Below are positions 34,560-44,538 of a stretch of 49,659 bases of DNA, one piece after another (within the stretch, counting starts at the first letter, position 1; every line of letters begins with the position of its first letter). Origin of the DNA: Longimicrobiales bacterium (GTDB lineage Bacteria; Gemmatimonadota; Gemmatimonadetes; Longimicrobiales; RSA9); the NCBI GenBank assembly GCA_038257485.1, contig JBBSJG010000003.1, positions 1-49,659 on the forward strand, in the 5' to 3' direction. The position numbers and the translations under genes are program-made. A model generated the notes under the pieces. The model was given only the letters and a program-made list of their open reading frames with translations. It did not search any database and was not told the DNA's origin.

Positions 34560-36188
34560 GTGCTAAGTAATCTGAAGATCGGAACTCGCCTCTTCCTGCT
34601 GCTCGGGGTTCTCGTCGTGATGACGGCAATCGTGGGCGTCGTCGGGCTCGTTCATCTCAAGCAGGCGGACGACGCCTTCAAGAGCGTATACGACAACGAG
34701 GTGGTGCACATGCACCGCCTGAAGTCGATATCCGACGCGTACACGCTGTACGGGCGGGACACGGGTCACAAGCTCGATGCGAACAAGCTTTCGTGGGATG
34801 ATGCGCGGATCCGGCTCGACTCGGCCGAGGTGATTGCGGCGCGGGAGTGGCGCGACTTCAAGGGCTCCGAAGTATCGGCTGAGGAAGAAGTGCTGGTGGC
34901 ATCGATCGATCAGAAAATCCCCGTCGCGAACCAGGCACTGGCAAGGCTGCGGACACTGGTGCAGGCCCAGGACCGGTTGGCGGTGGAGGCGTGGACCGCC
35001 GCAGAGGGCTATGCGATGATCGACCCGCTCGTCTCGGAGCTCGACGATCTCTCGGCCATGCAGATGTCGAACGCCGAGAGGCAGAAGACGGTGCAGGCTG
35101 CGGATTACGTTACGACGCTCCGAACCATTCTTGCGCTGACGATTGCAGCGATGCTGATCGCGCTGATCCTCGGATACCTGATCATTCGCGACATCGTGCG
35201 AGCGCTGACCGCGGCCATGAGCGGAGCGGAACGGATCGCCGCAGGCGACCTGACGGCCACGCAGGCGGACACGGATCGCGCGGACGAGATCGGCAGTCTG
35301 CAAAAATCGATGGGTCGCATGGTCGCGAATCTGGCAGGTCTCATCGGGGACGTGCAGCGTTCGGGCATCCAGCTGAACACTTCGGCGACGGAAATCAGTG
35401 CGACATCGAGACAGCAACAGACGACGGCGACCGAGGTCGCTTCGACGACGCTCGAGGTAGGTGCGACGGCGAGGGAGATTTCGGCGACATCGAAGGAGCT
35501 GGTTCGTACGATGCACGATATCACGGCATCCGCGGACGCGATGGTGGCGCTTGCCGGGAGTGGCCAGCAGGGCCTGTCGCGCATGGGTTCATCGATGGAG
35601 CAGATCACGGAAGCCACCGCTGCGATCAACACGCGTTTCGCCGTTCTGAATGATCGCGCCGCGAATATCAACACGGTGGTCACGACGATCGCGAAGGTAG
35701 CCGACCGCACGAACCTTCTGTCGCTCAACGCCGCGATCGAAGCTGAGAAAGCGGGCGAGTACGGTCGCGGGTTTGCCGTAGTGGCCACGGAGATCCGTCG
35801 CCTCGCCGACCAGACGGCGGAAGCGACGACGGACATCGAGCAGATGGTGCGCGAAATTCAGTCGGCGATTTCCGCCGGCGTGATGGGCACCGACAAGTTC
35901 TCCGAAGAAGTTCGTCGCGCGGTGGAAGCGGTTGGTGAGGTGGGCGGTCAGCTGAGCGACATCATCCACCAGGTGCAGTCTGTGACGCCCCGTTTCGAGG
36001 CGGTGGTGGACGGGATGCAGTCGCAGTCCGATGGTGCGCAGCAGATCAGCGAAGCGCTGGCGCAGCTCGGCGAGGCATCGCAGCAGACGGTGGAGTCGCT
36101 GGTGCAGTCCACGGAAGCGCTGGAGCAGCTGAATGAAGCGGCGCGCGGCCTGCAGAATGGCGTTGCCCGGTTCAGGCTGGCGGACTGA
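34560..36188 (+). CDS. wspA: Methyl-accepting chemotaxis protein, WspA-like
   Basis: 4HB sensor, TM2, HAMP (DEIG), signalling hairpin [39 protein letters not shown]. Confidence 0.9.
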   Translation: MLSNLKIGTRLFLLLGVLVVMTAIVGVVGLVHLKQADDAFKSVYDNEVVHMHRLKSISDAYTLYGRDTGHKLDANKLSWDDARIRLDSAEVIAAREWRDFKGSEVSAEEEVLVASIDQKIPVANQALARLRTLVQAQDRLAVEAWTAAEGYAMIDPLVSELDDLSAMQMSNAERQKTVQAADYVTTLRTILALTIAAMLIALILGYLIIRDIVRALTAAMSGAERIAAGDLTATQADTDRADEIGSLQKSMGRMVANLAGLIGDVQRSGIQLNTSATEISATSRQQQTTATEVASTTLEVGATAREISATSKELVRTMHDITASADAMVALAGSGQQGLSRMGSSMEQITEATAAINTRFAVLNDRAANINTVVTTIAKVADRTNLLSLNAAIEAEKAGEYGRGFAVVATEIRRLADQTAEATTDIEQMVREIQSAISAGVMGTDKFSEEVRRAVEAVGEVGGQLSDIIHQVQSVTPRFEAVVDGMQSQSDGAQQISEALAQLGEASQQTVESLVQSTEALEQLNEAARGLQNGVARFRLAD

Positions 36189-36193
36189 TTCAC

Positions 36194-36655
36194 GTGCTGT
36201 TTCTCGTATTCGAACTGGGTGGTCAGCGGTTCGCGCTGGATACCAGCACGGTCGTCGAAGTGCTTCCACTCGTGGAATGGAAGAAGCTGCCGGGCACACC
36301 GGCCTCTGTTCTCGGCGCGTTCAGCTACCACGGCACGCTCGTCCCGGTCGTCGATCCGGGAGCGCTCGCGTTCGGCTCGGCGACGAGTGCCCGCGCGGAC
36401 ACGCGTCTCGCGGTGGTGGACTATCCTGTAGCAGAGGGTGACTCCAGGCTGCTCGCCATCCTCCTCGAGAGCGCCACAGCGCTGCGGCGACTGGACGATG
36501 CCGCCTTCACCGCGTCACCGATCGCATCGGATGCCGCGTATGCCGGGCCGGTGGCGACAACGGCGACCGGCATGATACAGCGCATCCACCTGACCGAGCT
36601 CGTGCCGCCAGACCTCTGGGAGCGCGTGTCTGCGGAGCAGGATAGAGCGCGATGA
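36194..36655 (+). CDS. wspB: CheW-like adaptor
   Basis: MLFLVF.LG..RFALD...VVEVLP, G...YHG..VPV.D. Confidence 0.85.
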   Translation: MLFLVFELGGQRFALDTSTVVEVLPLVEWKKLPGTPASVLGAFSYHGTLVPVVDPGALAFGSATSARADTRLAVVDYPVAEGDSRLLAILLESATALRRLDDAAFTASPIASDAAYAGPVATTATGMIQRIHLTELVPPDLWERVSAEQDRAR

Positions 36656-37947
36656 ATCCCGACCGGTTCGAAGAGCTGTTGAAGCGCGCGGCGGGGCTGG
36701 ATGCGCCCGCGCTGGGACGTGGCGTTCTCGAGCGCGCGATCCGCCGTCGTGTAGCGCATGTGCGCGCCGCAAGCGACGACGAGTACCATCGCAAGCTCGA
36801 GCAGAGCCCCGAAGAGCTGCAGCTGCTGATCGACGAAGTCGTCGTTCTCGAGACATCATTCTTCCGCGATGCAGGAGCGTTCACGGTGTTGCAGGAATGG
36901 GTTCGCGACGAGTGGATGAAGGCGAACGCCTCGCGCACGCTGCGAGTCTTGAGCGTGCCGTCGTCGACGGGCGAAGAGCCCTATTCGCTGGCCATGGCCC
37001 TGCTCGATCTTGGGATGGGCGATGCACTTCGTTTTCAAATCGATGCCGTCGATATCAGTACGCGCGCGCTCCGTCACGCCCGTATCGGCGTGTACGGCAA
37101 GGGCTCGTTCCGCGGCCGCAGCCTCGAGTATCGCCAGCGCCATTTCATCGCTGTGCCCGGTGGCCACGAGATCTCGCGCGCGGTTCGCGAGCATGTGGAG
37201 TTCAAGCACGGAAGTATATTAGACAGTGAGCTGACGGAGCGGCGTTATGACGTCGTATTCTGCCGCAATCTGCTGATCTACTTCGATTCGGCACATCAGC
37301 TGCGGGCCATGCAGCTGCTGCTCACGCTGGTTCAATCGGGCGGCCTCCTGTTTCTGGGACCCGCCGAGACGTTCCTGACTGCGGGCGCGCCACTGCAGTC
37401 GCTCGGGCGACCGATGTCGTTCGGCTTCCGCCGAACGGAGGGGAGCGCTGCAGCATCGACGGCAGTGCGCGCAGCGCCACCCTTGCGCGCAGCGCCGACG
37501 CGAGACGTTGCGACCGCGCCGCGTCCAGTGCCGTCACGTCAGTCGCCGCCGCCGAAGCAGCCAGCCGCCGAGCACGCGGCTGCATCGAAGCCGGCAAATA
37601 CCGCCGGCACAGCCGGGAGCGCGGCGGTCATGCTGGCGAAAGCGGAGACACTGGCGAACAGTGGCAAGCTGGCTGAAGCAGCGCAACTCTGCAAAGCGCA
37701 GATCGCGCGCTTCGGTACGAGTACTGCCGCACTGTTCCTGCTGGGTGTCGTGAGCAACGCGATGGGAGACACGCCGCAAGCGATCTCCGCGTTCCGAAAG
37801 GTCCTGTATCTGGAAGTGGGCCACGAGCAGGCGCTGCTGCACCTGAGTATGCTGGCCCGCGATGGTGGCGGGTCCGACCGAGCGCGCCAGCTCGACCGTC
37901 GCGCTCGCGCGCTCGGCACTGATCGCAGTGAAGGCCAGGGTTCGTGA
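36652..37947 (+). CDS. wspC: CheR methyltransferase with C-terminal TPR
   Basis: V.ETSFFRD, STGEEPYS, AVDIS, DVVFCRNLLIYF; Pro/Ala linker; TPR ending RKVLYL...H.QAL.HL. Confidence 0.9.
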   Translation: MNPDRFEELLKRAAGLDAPALGRGVLERAIRRRVAHVRAASDDEYHRKLEQSPEELQLLIDEVVVLETSFFRDAGAFTVLQEWVRDEWMKANASRTLRVLSVPSSTGEEPYSLAMALLDLGMGDALRFQIDAVDISTRALRHARIGVYGKGSFRGRSLEYRQRHFIAVPGGHEISRAVREHVEFKHGSILDSELTERRYDVVFCRNLLIYFDSAHQLRAMQLLLTLVQSGGLLFLGPAETFLTAGAPLQSLGRPMSFGFRRTEGSAAASTAVRAAPPLRAAPTRDVATAPRPVPSRQSPPPKQPAAEHAAASKPANTAGTAGSAAVMLAKAETLANSGKLAEAAQLCKAQIARFGTSTAALFLLGVVSNAMGDTPQAISAFRKVLYLEVGHEQALLHLSMLARDGGGSDRARQLDRRARALGTDRSEGQGS

Positions 37948-38471
37948 AGTCACAGCGTGGTGAGGACGTACTCGGAAATATCCGCGAAGCGACGGAGCGT
38001 ATCGCGATGCCGCGCTCGAGTGAGCGCACACGAACCGAGAGTGCCTTCGTGTTCCGCGTCGGCGTGGAGTGGTACTCGCTCCCGACCCGTGTGTGCGAGC
38101 GCGTGATCGACGAGAGCAAAACCCACTCGGTCCCGCACCGGCGGGGCGGCGTACTGATCGGACTCGGCAGTATCTCCGGCGATCTCATTGCCGTGATCTC
38201 GCTACCATCGCTGCTCGGCCTCGACGCAGTGTCGACAGCCGACGAGGGCCGTCGCACACTCCTGTTCAGCTGGAAGCAGTCGCGCTTCGCTCTACCCGTC
38301 AGCGAGGTCTATGGCGTGTATCGCTTCCATCCCGACGACCGCCTCGCGATTCCCGCCACACTGCCCGGAATGTCCGCCTACACGACGGCCATGCTGGAGT
38401 GGAATGGCCGTATGGTCGGCAGCCTTGATCCCGAACGTCTGCATGCCGGCATTGTGAAGGGGATCGCATGA
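37944..38471 (+). CDS. wspD: CheW-like adaptor
   Basis: VFRVG.EW..LP, HSVPHR...L.GL..I.G.L; position in the operon. Confidence 0.85.
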   Translation: MKSQRGEDVLGNIREATERIAMPRSSERTRTESAFVFRVGVEWYSLPTRVCERVIDESKTHSVPHRRGGVLIGLGSISGDLIAVISLPSLLGLDAVSTADEGRRTLLFSWKQSRFALPVSEVYGVYRFHPDDRLAIPATLPGMSAYTTAMLEWNGRMVGSLDPERLHAGIVKGIA

Positions 38472-40702
38472 CGGCGTCGGGCGATGGCTTCGGCGAGTTC
38501 TCGATCTGGGACCTGTTCCGGATGGAGGTCGAAGGCAAGACAGCGTCATTGACGGAGGGAATGCTGCAGCTCGAGCAGGGAGTGCGATCCCCGATACTGC
38601 TGGAGGACCTGATGCGTGCAGCGCACTCGCTGAAGGGTGCGGCGCAGATGGTCGAGGCGAGGCAGGCCGTGCGCGTGTCGCATGCGATGGAAGATTGCTT
38701 CGTGTCGATGCAGAAGGGAACAACGCAGCCGACGCCGGCACGCATGGACGTGTTGCTGGAGGGCGTGGACCTGCTGCGGCGGATTGCCGCGAGCGAGACC
38801 GATGCGGTGGCGATGTCACTTGCGGAGTCCGACACCGATGGGTTTGTCGAGCGGCTCGCGGCGGCTGACGAGGTATCGGAGCCGCAAGCTGCGCGCACGG
38901 CGGTGCCGGTCGAGGATACGCCCGCGGCGGACGTGCCGGGTGCGTCGCGCGACGACGACAATGTTCGCGTAACCGCCGAGCGCATGAACCGCCTGCTGAG
39001 TCTTGCATCCGAGTCCCTCGTGACGACCCGGTGGCTCGACGAGTTCATCGCGGAATCGAGCCGGGCCAGGCAGCAGCATCGCGATGTCGCCGACTCGCTC
39101 GAGCGGCTGCGCGATTCGCTCACTGGCCATGCCGCGAATGCAGACCTGCTGCATCGGCTCGCGGACGCGCAGCGTCACTTCGGAGAGTTGCGGCGGGTGC
39201 GCACGAATGAGATCGCGTCCCTGGTGGAGATCCAGCGGCGTGCGTCGGGGGTGGCGACGCGACTGTACCGCGAGGTGGTCGACCTGCGCATGCGGCCGTT
39301 CAGCGAGGGCGTCGCACACCTGGGCCGCCTCGTGCGCTCCTTGTCGCGCCAGCTGGATAAGGACGTTCGACTGGAAGTGGTCGGTGGGGCGACGCCGGTG
39401 GACCGTGATATTTTCGACCGCCTCGACGCGTCGATCGTGAACCTCATCCGCAACGCGATCGATCACGGCATCGAGTCGCCTGCGGAGCGTGTCCGTATGC
39501 GTAAACCACCCACGGGCACGATTCGCCTGGAAGCGGTGCACCGCGGGGGCATGCTTGTCATTACAGCACAAGACGACGGCCGTGGTGTGGATATCGAGGC
39601 GTTACGCGCGCTCGTGGTATCGCGCAGGCACACCACGGAAGAACTTGCGGCGCGCATGAGCGATGCCGAACTGCTCGATTTTCTGTTCCTGCCGGGATTC
39701 TCGATGCGCGATACCGTTTCCGAGATCTCCGGCCGCGGTGTGGGCCTCGATATCGTGCAGACGGCTGCGCGATCGGCGGGCGGCAAGGTGACGCTGCACA
39801 GCCGCGCGGGTCACGGTCTCCAGTTCGACTTCCAGCTGCCGCTGACATTGTCGGTGGTCCGCGCACTCGTTTTCGATGTCGCGGGCGAGCCGTACGCGGT
39901 GCCGATCGCGCGTGTGGCGCGGGTGCTGAAGGTCGACAAGACTGCGATCCAGTCGATCGAGGGGCGGCAGCACGTCGCAATCGATGAAGCGCATGTCGGA
40001 CTCGTCGCGGCGCACCAGATCCTGGAGGTACCCGCGGCGCCCGTATCGGAGGACGACGTATCGATCATCGTGCTCGGCCAAGGTGCTCATACTTACGGTG
40101 TCACAGTGGACCGTCTCGTGGGTGAACGCGAGCTCGTGGTGCGCTCGCTCGAGACGATTCTCGGCAAGGTGAAGGACATCGGCAGTGCCGCGCTCTTGCC
40201 GGACGGGACGCCGCTGCTCATCATCGATGTCGAAGACGTCCTGCACTCGATCGAGCACCTCATCACGGGCGGTCGCGTACAGCCTGCGGCGATGGAGCCC
40301 GGAAAAGCGCGGGCCGGAAGGACGAAGAAGATCCTGGTGGTCGATGACTCATTCACGGTTCGCGAGCTCGAGCGGAAGCTCCTCGCGGGCCGCGGCTACG
40401 AAGTCGATGTTGCAGTGGACGGTGTGGACGGCTGGAACGCCGTGCGAACGGGTAGGTACGACCTCGTGGTCACGGACGTGGACATGCCGCGCATGGACGG
40501 CATCGAGTTGGTCACACGGATCCGCCAGGACCCTCGCCTGCACCTGCTGCCCATCATCATCGTGTCATACAAGGAGCGCGAGGAAGACCGGCTTCGCGGC
40601 ATGGAGGCGGGCGCCGACCGTTACCTCGCGAAGGGCAGCTATCACGACGAGTCCATGGTGAACGCCATCATCGAGCAGATCGGTGCTCCGGAGGACGTGT
40701 GA
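38468..40702 (+). CDS. wspE: CheA-like hybrid kinase (Hpt-HATPase-CheW-REC)
   Basis: MRAAHSLKGAA, RNAIDHGIE, DDGRG, SGRGVGLD, CheW domain, REC with VVDDS and TDVDMP. Confidence 0.95.
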   Translation: MTASGDGFGEFSIWDLFRMEVEGKTASLTEGMLQLEQGVRSPILLEDLMRAAHSLKGAAQMVEARQAVRVSHAMEDCFVSMQKGTTQPTPARMDVLLEGVDLLRRIAASETDAVAMSLAESDTDGFVERLAAADEVSEPQAARTAVPVEDTPAADVPGASRDDDNVRVTAERMNRLLSLASESLVTTRWLDEFIAESSRARQQHRDVADSLERLRDSLTGHAANADLLHRLADAQRHFGELRRVRTNEIASLVEIQRRASGVATRLYREVVDLRMRPFSEGVAHLGRLVRSLSRQLDKDVRLEVVGGATPVDRDIFDRLDASIVNLIRNAIDHGIESPAERVRMRKPPTGTIRLEAVHRGGMLVITAQDDGRGVDIEALRALVVSRRHTTEELAARMSDAELLDFLFLPGFSMRDTVSEISGRGVGLDIVQTAARSAGGKVTLHSRAGHGLQFDFQLPLTLSVVRALVFDVAGEPYAVPIARVARVLKVDKTAIQSIEGRQHVAIDEAHVGLVAAHQILEVPAAPVSEDDVSIIVLGQGAHTYGVTVDRLVGERELVVRSLETILGKVKDIGSAALLPDGTPLLIIDVEDVLHSIEHLITGGRVQPAAMEPGKARAGRTKKILVVDDSFTVRELERKLLAGRGYEVDVAVDGVDGWNAVRTGRYDLVVTDVDMPRMDGIELVTRIRQDPRLHLLPIIIVSYKEREEDRLRGMEAGADRYLAKGSYHDESMVNAIIEQIGAPEDV

Positions 40703-41715
40703 AAGTTGCGCTGCTCAGTGCGGATAGTGCCGAAGTCGCGATGGTGCGACGTCTCACCCGTGAGGATGCAGAGGGTGACATTGCATGGACTGCGTCGGAT
40801 CTGGATGAGACGGTTGCGCGCTGCCGCACCGAGCCGCCAGACGTCCTGATTCTCGGAATGGGGAATGCCGGCGCAGACACCGTTCGCGCTGTGCGACGGA
40901 TCATGACGGAGTCACCGTGCGCGATCCTGCTGCTCGCAACATCGATACACGAGCAGGCGGCTCCGATCTTTGAAGCTCTGGGCGCGGGCGCGCTCGACGT
41001 CGTGAACCTCGTTGACGGGCGGAGCGTCGAGTCGTCTGATGCCGCACTTCATCTCGCGTCCAAGTTGTCATTGCTGCGCCGCCTCGGAGCCAAACGCTCC
41101 CCTGCGTCGCCCGTGAAGGCCGGCGGCAATGGCCAGCGGCCGAGCGGCATCGTGCTCCTCGGGGCATCGGCTGGCGGTCCCTCTGCACTGGCCACCGTGC
41201 TCTCTGGCCTACCCGCCGATTTCGACGCACCGGTCGTCCTGGTCCAGCACGTCGACCAACAGTTCGCGAGCGGAATGGCGGACTGGCTGGACAAGCAGAT
41301 CGCGCTGCCTGTCGAGATTGCAGAAGACAATACGCGTATGCAGTCCGGCACCGTTTACGTCGCCGGTCGCACGCAGCATTTGACGCTCCGCGACCGCTAC
41401 ACGCTGCAGTATCGCGACGAACCACTGGAGCAGACATACCGCCCGTCAATCGATGAGCTTTTCTTCAGCGCCTCGAAACACTGGTCCACGGGCGCCGTGG
41501 GCGTACTCCTGACCGGCATGGGGCAGGACGGCGCTGCCGGACTGCGCGCGCTGCGCGTTGCCGGTGGTTTCACCATAGCGCAGGACCAGACCACATCTGT
41601 GGTGTATGGAATACCGAAGGCTGCCGCGCGTATGAACGCGGCAATCAAGATCCTCCCGCTGCAGGACATCGCGGCGGAGATCATGGTGGCCCTCCATTCA
41701 ACTTCGAATCTGTGA
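40699..41715 (+). CDS. wspF: CheB-type methylesterase with degenerate REC domain
   Basis: GASAGGP, VQHVD, RPSID, LTGMGQDGA are intact; the REC domain lacks its acidic residues. Confidence 0.88.
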   Translation: MKVALLSADSAEVAMVRRLTREDAEGDIAWTASDLDETVARCRTEPPDVLILGMGNAGADTVRAVRRIMTESPCAILLLATSIHEQAAPIFEALGAGALDVVNLVDGRSVESSDAALHLASKLSLLRRLGAKRSPASPVKAGGNGQRPSGIVLLGASAGGPSALATVLSGLPADFDAPVVLVQHVDQQFASGMADWLDKQIALPVEIAEDNTRMQSGTVYVAGRTQHLTLRDRYTLQYRDEPLEQTYRPSIDELFFSASKHWSTGAVGVLLTGMGQDGAAGLRALRVAGGFTIAQDQTTSVVYGIPKAAARMNAAIKILPLQDIAAEIMVALHSTSNL

Positions 41716-41720
41716 GCGAC

Positions 41721-42908
41721 ATGTCCGAACCGCCGAGATCTGAGGCACGAACCCATGCGCCGTCCATGATCCTGCTGGTGGATGACCAGGCCATGGTCGG
41801 TGAGCTCGTCCGCCGCATGCTGGCGCCTGAGGCCGACCTCGTGCTGCACTACTGCAATGATCCGCACACGGCAGTGGATCTCGCGATCGATATCCGTCCG
41901 ACCGTGATCCTGCAGGACCTTGTGATGCCGGGAATGGATGGACTCGAGATGGTACGCCGCTTTCGCGCCACGCCCGAGACTGCGAATGTCCCTGTCGTCG
42001 TGCTGTCGAGCAAGGAGGATCCCGCCATCAAGAGCGACGCTTTCGCCGCGGGTGCGAATGACTACCTGGTGAAACTGCCCGACCGCGTCGAGCTCCTCGC
42101 ACGGCTGCGCTACCATTCGAACGCCTATACCACGCATCTGCAGAGGGATGAGGCGATGCGCGCGCTGCGCATGAGTCAGCACCAGCTGTTGCATGCGAAT
42201 ACCGCAATTATGGAAACCAACCAGAAGCTCAACCAGTTCGTCGGAATGGCTGCGCACGATCTGCGCAACCCCCTCACCGTGTTGATCGGATTCGCGAAGT
42301 TCCTCATGATGGATCCGGCAGCTGTCAACTTCACCGAGCGGCAGTCGCGATTCATTACGTCGATCTCGTCGAATGCGGAGTTCATGCTCCGCCTCGTCAA
42401 CAACCTGCTCGATGTGTCGATGATCGAAGCGGGCGAGATATCGCTGGAAAGCAGGCCTACGAATCTGGTCGCGCTGATCGAATCGAACATCGCAATCAAC
42501 CGGATCCTGGCGGAGGACAAGGCCATCAAGTTTGTCTTCCTGCCGCCCAAAGGGCTCCCACTCATCAATCTCGATCCGGACAAGATCGAGCAGGTATTGA
42601 ACAACCTGCTTTCGAACGCCGCCAAGTTCTCCGAGTCGGACAGCACGGTTCGGATCGCGCTCGCACCGGCCGGCTCGTCAAGCATCCACTTGAGTGTGAC
42701 GGATGAGGGTCCGGGCATCCCGGAGGATGAGATCGACAAGTTGTTCAAACCCTTCAGCCGGACCAGTGTAAAGGCGACGAAGGGTGAGAAGAGCACGGGA
42801 CTCGGCCTGCTGATCGCCAAGCAGGTCGTTGCCGCGCACGGCGGCACGATCGAGGTGGAAAGCGAGGTAGGGCGGGGTACGACGTTTATCGTCACACTGC
42901 CTGTCTGA
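41721..42908 (+). CDS. Hybrid REC (WspR-like) - histidine kinase
   Basis: LLVDDQAMVGE, PTVILQDLVMP, GANDYLVKLPD, QRDEA.RALR.SQ.QL stalk; then AHDLRNPL, NLLSNAAKF, DEGPGI, GLGL. Start is 41712 or 41721. Confidence 0.9.
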   Translation: MSEPPRSEARTHAPSMILLVDDQAMVGELVRRMLAPEADLVLHYCNDPHTAVDLAIDIRPTVILQDLVMPGMDGLEMVRRFRATPETANVPVVVLSSKEDPAIKSDAFAAGANDYLVKLPDRVELLARLRYHSNAYTTHLQRDEAMRALRMSQHQLLHANTAIMETNQKLNQFVGMAAHDLRNPLTVLIGFAKFLMMDPAAVNFTERQSRFITSISSNAEFMLRLVNNLLDVSMIEAGEISLESRPTNLVALIESNIAINRILAEDKAIKFVFLPPKGLPLINLDPDKIEQVLNNLLSNAAKFSESDSTVRIALAPAGSSSIHLSVTDEGPGIPEDEIDKLFKPFSRTSVKATKGEKSTGLGLLIAKQVVAAHGGTIEVESEVGRGTTFIVTLPV

Positions 42909-43166
42909 TCGATCGCTACGGGTGACGCAGCGGGCAGGCCGGGCACGACGGGTCATGCATTCATGAAGTGCGCGCGGCGCTTGAATCGCCGGACAACGAA
43001 CTCTGGCTTTCCCCCATCAGCGTGTGGGAGGCGAGCATCCTCGCCGAGCGGGGGCGACTCTCGCCCATGAACTGACGCTGGTGACGGCCGATGAGCGACT
43101 GCAACACTGTGACGAGTTCGCCGTGCTGGCCAACTGATCACCGGATGCGGCACTGCAGGCCTCAAC

Positions 43167-43209
43167 GAAAACCGCCTTGCCTGCGCTGAGCGCAAGCAAG
43201 GCGGTTTTC
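43167..43209. terminator. Bidirectional rho-independent terminator between the convergent wsp and susD units
   Basis: GAAAACCGCCTTGC (43167-80) is the perfect reverse complement of GCAAGGCGGTTTTC (43196-209); inner TGCGC/GCGCA extends the stem. Confidence 0.8.
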
Positions 43210-43231
43210 CTGAATCACGCGCGGAAGCGCG

Positions 43232-44527
43232 TCAGCATGGTGCGCTGGGATTGTTCGTGCACTCGCCGGCAGGCAGAGGCAGGAACGTGAACGTCGGAGC
43301 CGTCTGCCCAGGCAGACGCCGCACATCATCCCACCGCAGGCCCTGGAGAAAGAGCTCGTAGCGGCGCTCGTACGCAATCTGCCTGAGCACTGCATCGAGG
43401 TTTGGCAGCTGGGCATCGGTCAGCGCAGGCAGGCCTGCAACCGGCTCGTCGAGCGAGGATGTACTCTGCGTGCGAACCTCGTTGATGAGCGCGCGAGCGG
43501 CTGGCAGGTTGCCCAGACGCGCCTGCGCCTCCGCCCGGATCAGCTTCATTTCATCCGGGAAATAGAGAGGGAAGCTTTCGTTCTGTGTCGAGTACTTCTT
43601 CAGGTTGTACGACAGCGAATCCGCCGGGTTGCCCGCGACGCGCGCAACTGTGGTCTGGACGAAGTACGCCGGGCGACGGTCACCCACTTCGGCCGCGCTG
43701 ACGAAGTTGGTCGTGGCACCGAGATACTGAAGTCCAACGGCTACCGCCTCGATCGGATTGCGCGTCGGCGCCGTGAACAGCAGCGACGGCAGGATCGTTG
43801 CCGACACGCGTGTGGCAGCATCGATCGCCTGCTGGTTCCGCCCCCGCTGAAGCGAGTAGCGTGCGATCATCGCATCGATCGTGTTCCGGAGCATAGGTAC
43901 GGTGAAGCCCGTCGGAAGGACACGCTGTGCCAGCGTCGTGAGTTCAGCGTCGGGGACGCTCACGATATCCGCACGTGCAGACTCGAGCAATGCGATGACG
44001 GTGTCGAGAACCTCGGCCCGGGGCCGCAGCGTAGCACCCCCGGTGGCGATATCAACCGGGAGCTGCTCGAACGACTGCGCGGCCATGCCGAGTGCCATCG
44101 CCTTGAACGTCTTGGCCACAGCCCGAATGCCGCCCTGGAGGTTCGCTCCGAGCCCTACGCCGGCCGACGCAGCCAACAGTGTATTGGCCGACTTCACCAC
44201 CGCGTACGTGTTGTCGTAGGGAGAACTGACGATATTGTAGGTGTTCTCGAAGTTCTGTCCCGTATACAGGGACTGATAGGACAGCAGCGACCGCGTCCGC
44301 GTCCCCAGCTCATCCGTGACCAGCGCTGAAGGGAGAACGTAGTCTTCGATGGACTGGGCGAACTGCCCCTGCAAGCCGACTGCAAGCGCATACACCCCTT
44401 CCACGTTGGTAATGACAGCTTCTTCGGTCGGGTTATTCGGGTTCGTCAGGTCCAGGTCACACCCACCGAGCAACAGTGCAGCTGCTCCGGCAGTGGCCAG
44501 GCGACGGAACGTTTGAGTCATCATCAT
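43232..44527 (-). CDS. RagB/SusD family nutrient-binding outer membrane lipoprotein
   Basis: Lipobox LLGGC, NPN.P, E..LIRAEA..R, IN.VR, ERRYELFLQG.RW.D.RR. Confidence 0.9.
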   Translation of the reverse strand: MMMTQTFRRLATAGAAALLLGGCDLDLTNPNNPTEEAVITNVEGVYALAVGLQGQFAQSIEDYVLPSALVTDELGTRTRSLLSYQSLYTGQNFENTYNIVSSPYDNTYAVVKSANTLLAASAGVGLGANLQGGIRAVAKTFKAMALGMAAQSFEQLPVDIATGGATLRPRAEVLDTVIALLESARADIVSVPDAELTTLAQRVLPTGFTVPMLRNTIDAMIARYSLQRGRNQQAIDAATRVSATILPSLLFTAPTRNPIEAVAVGLQYLGATTNFVSAAEVGDRRPAYFVQTTVARVAGNPADSLSYNLKKYSTQNESFPLYFPDEMKLIRAEAQARLGNLPAARALINEVRTQSTSSLDEPVAGLPALTDAQLPNLDAVLRQIAYERRYELFLQGLRWDDVRRLPGQTAPTFTFLPLPAGECTNNPSAPC

Positions 44528-44538
44528 GATCGCCCGCC

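Noticed and set aside
42953-43195. 80-aa minus-strand ORF between wsp and susD
   Set aside because: Starts inside the terminator hairpin, with no RBS or recognisable motif.
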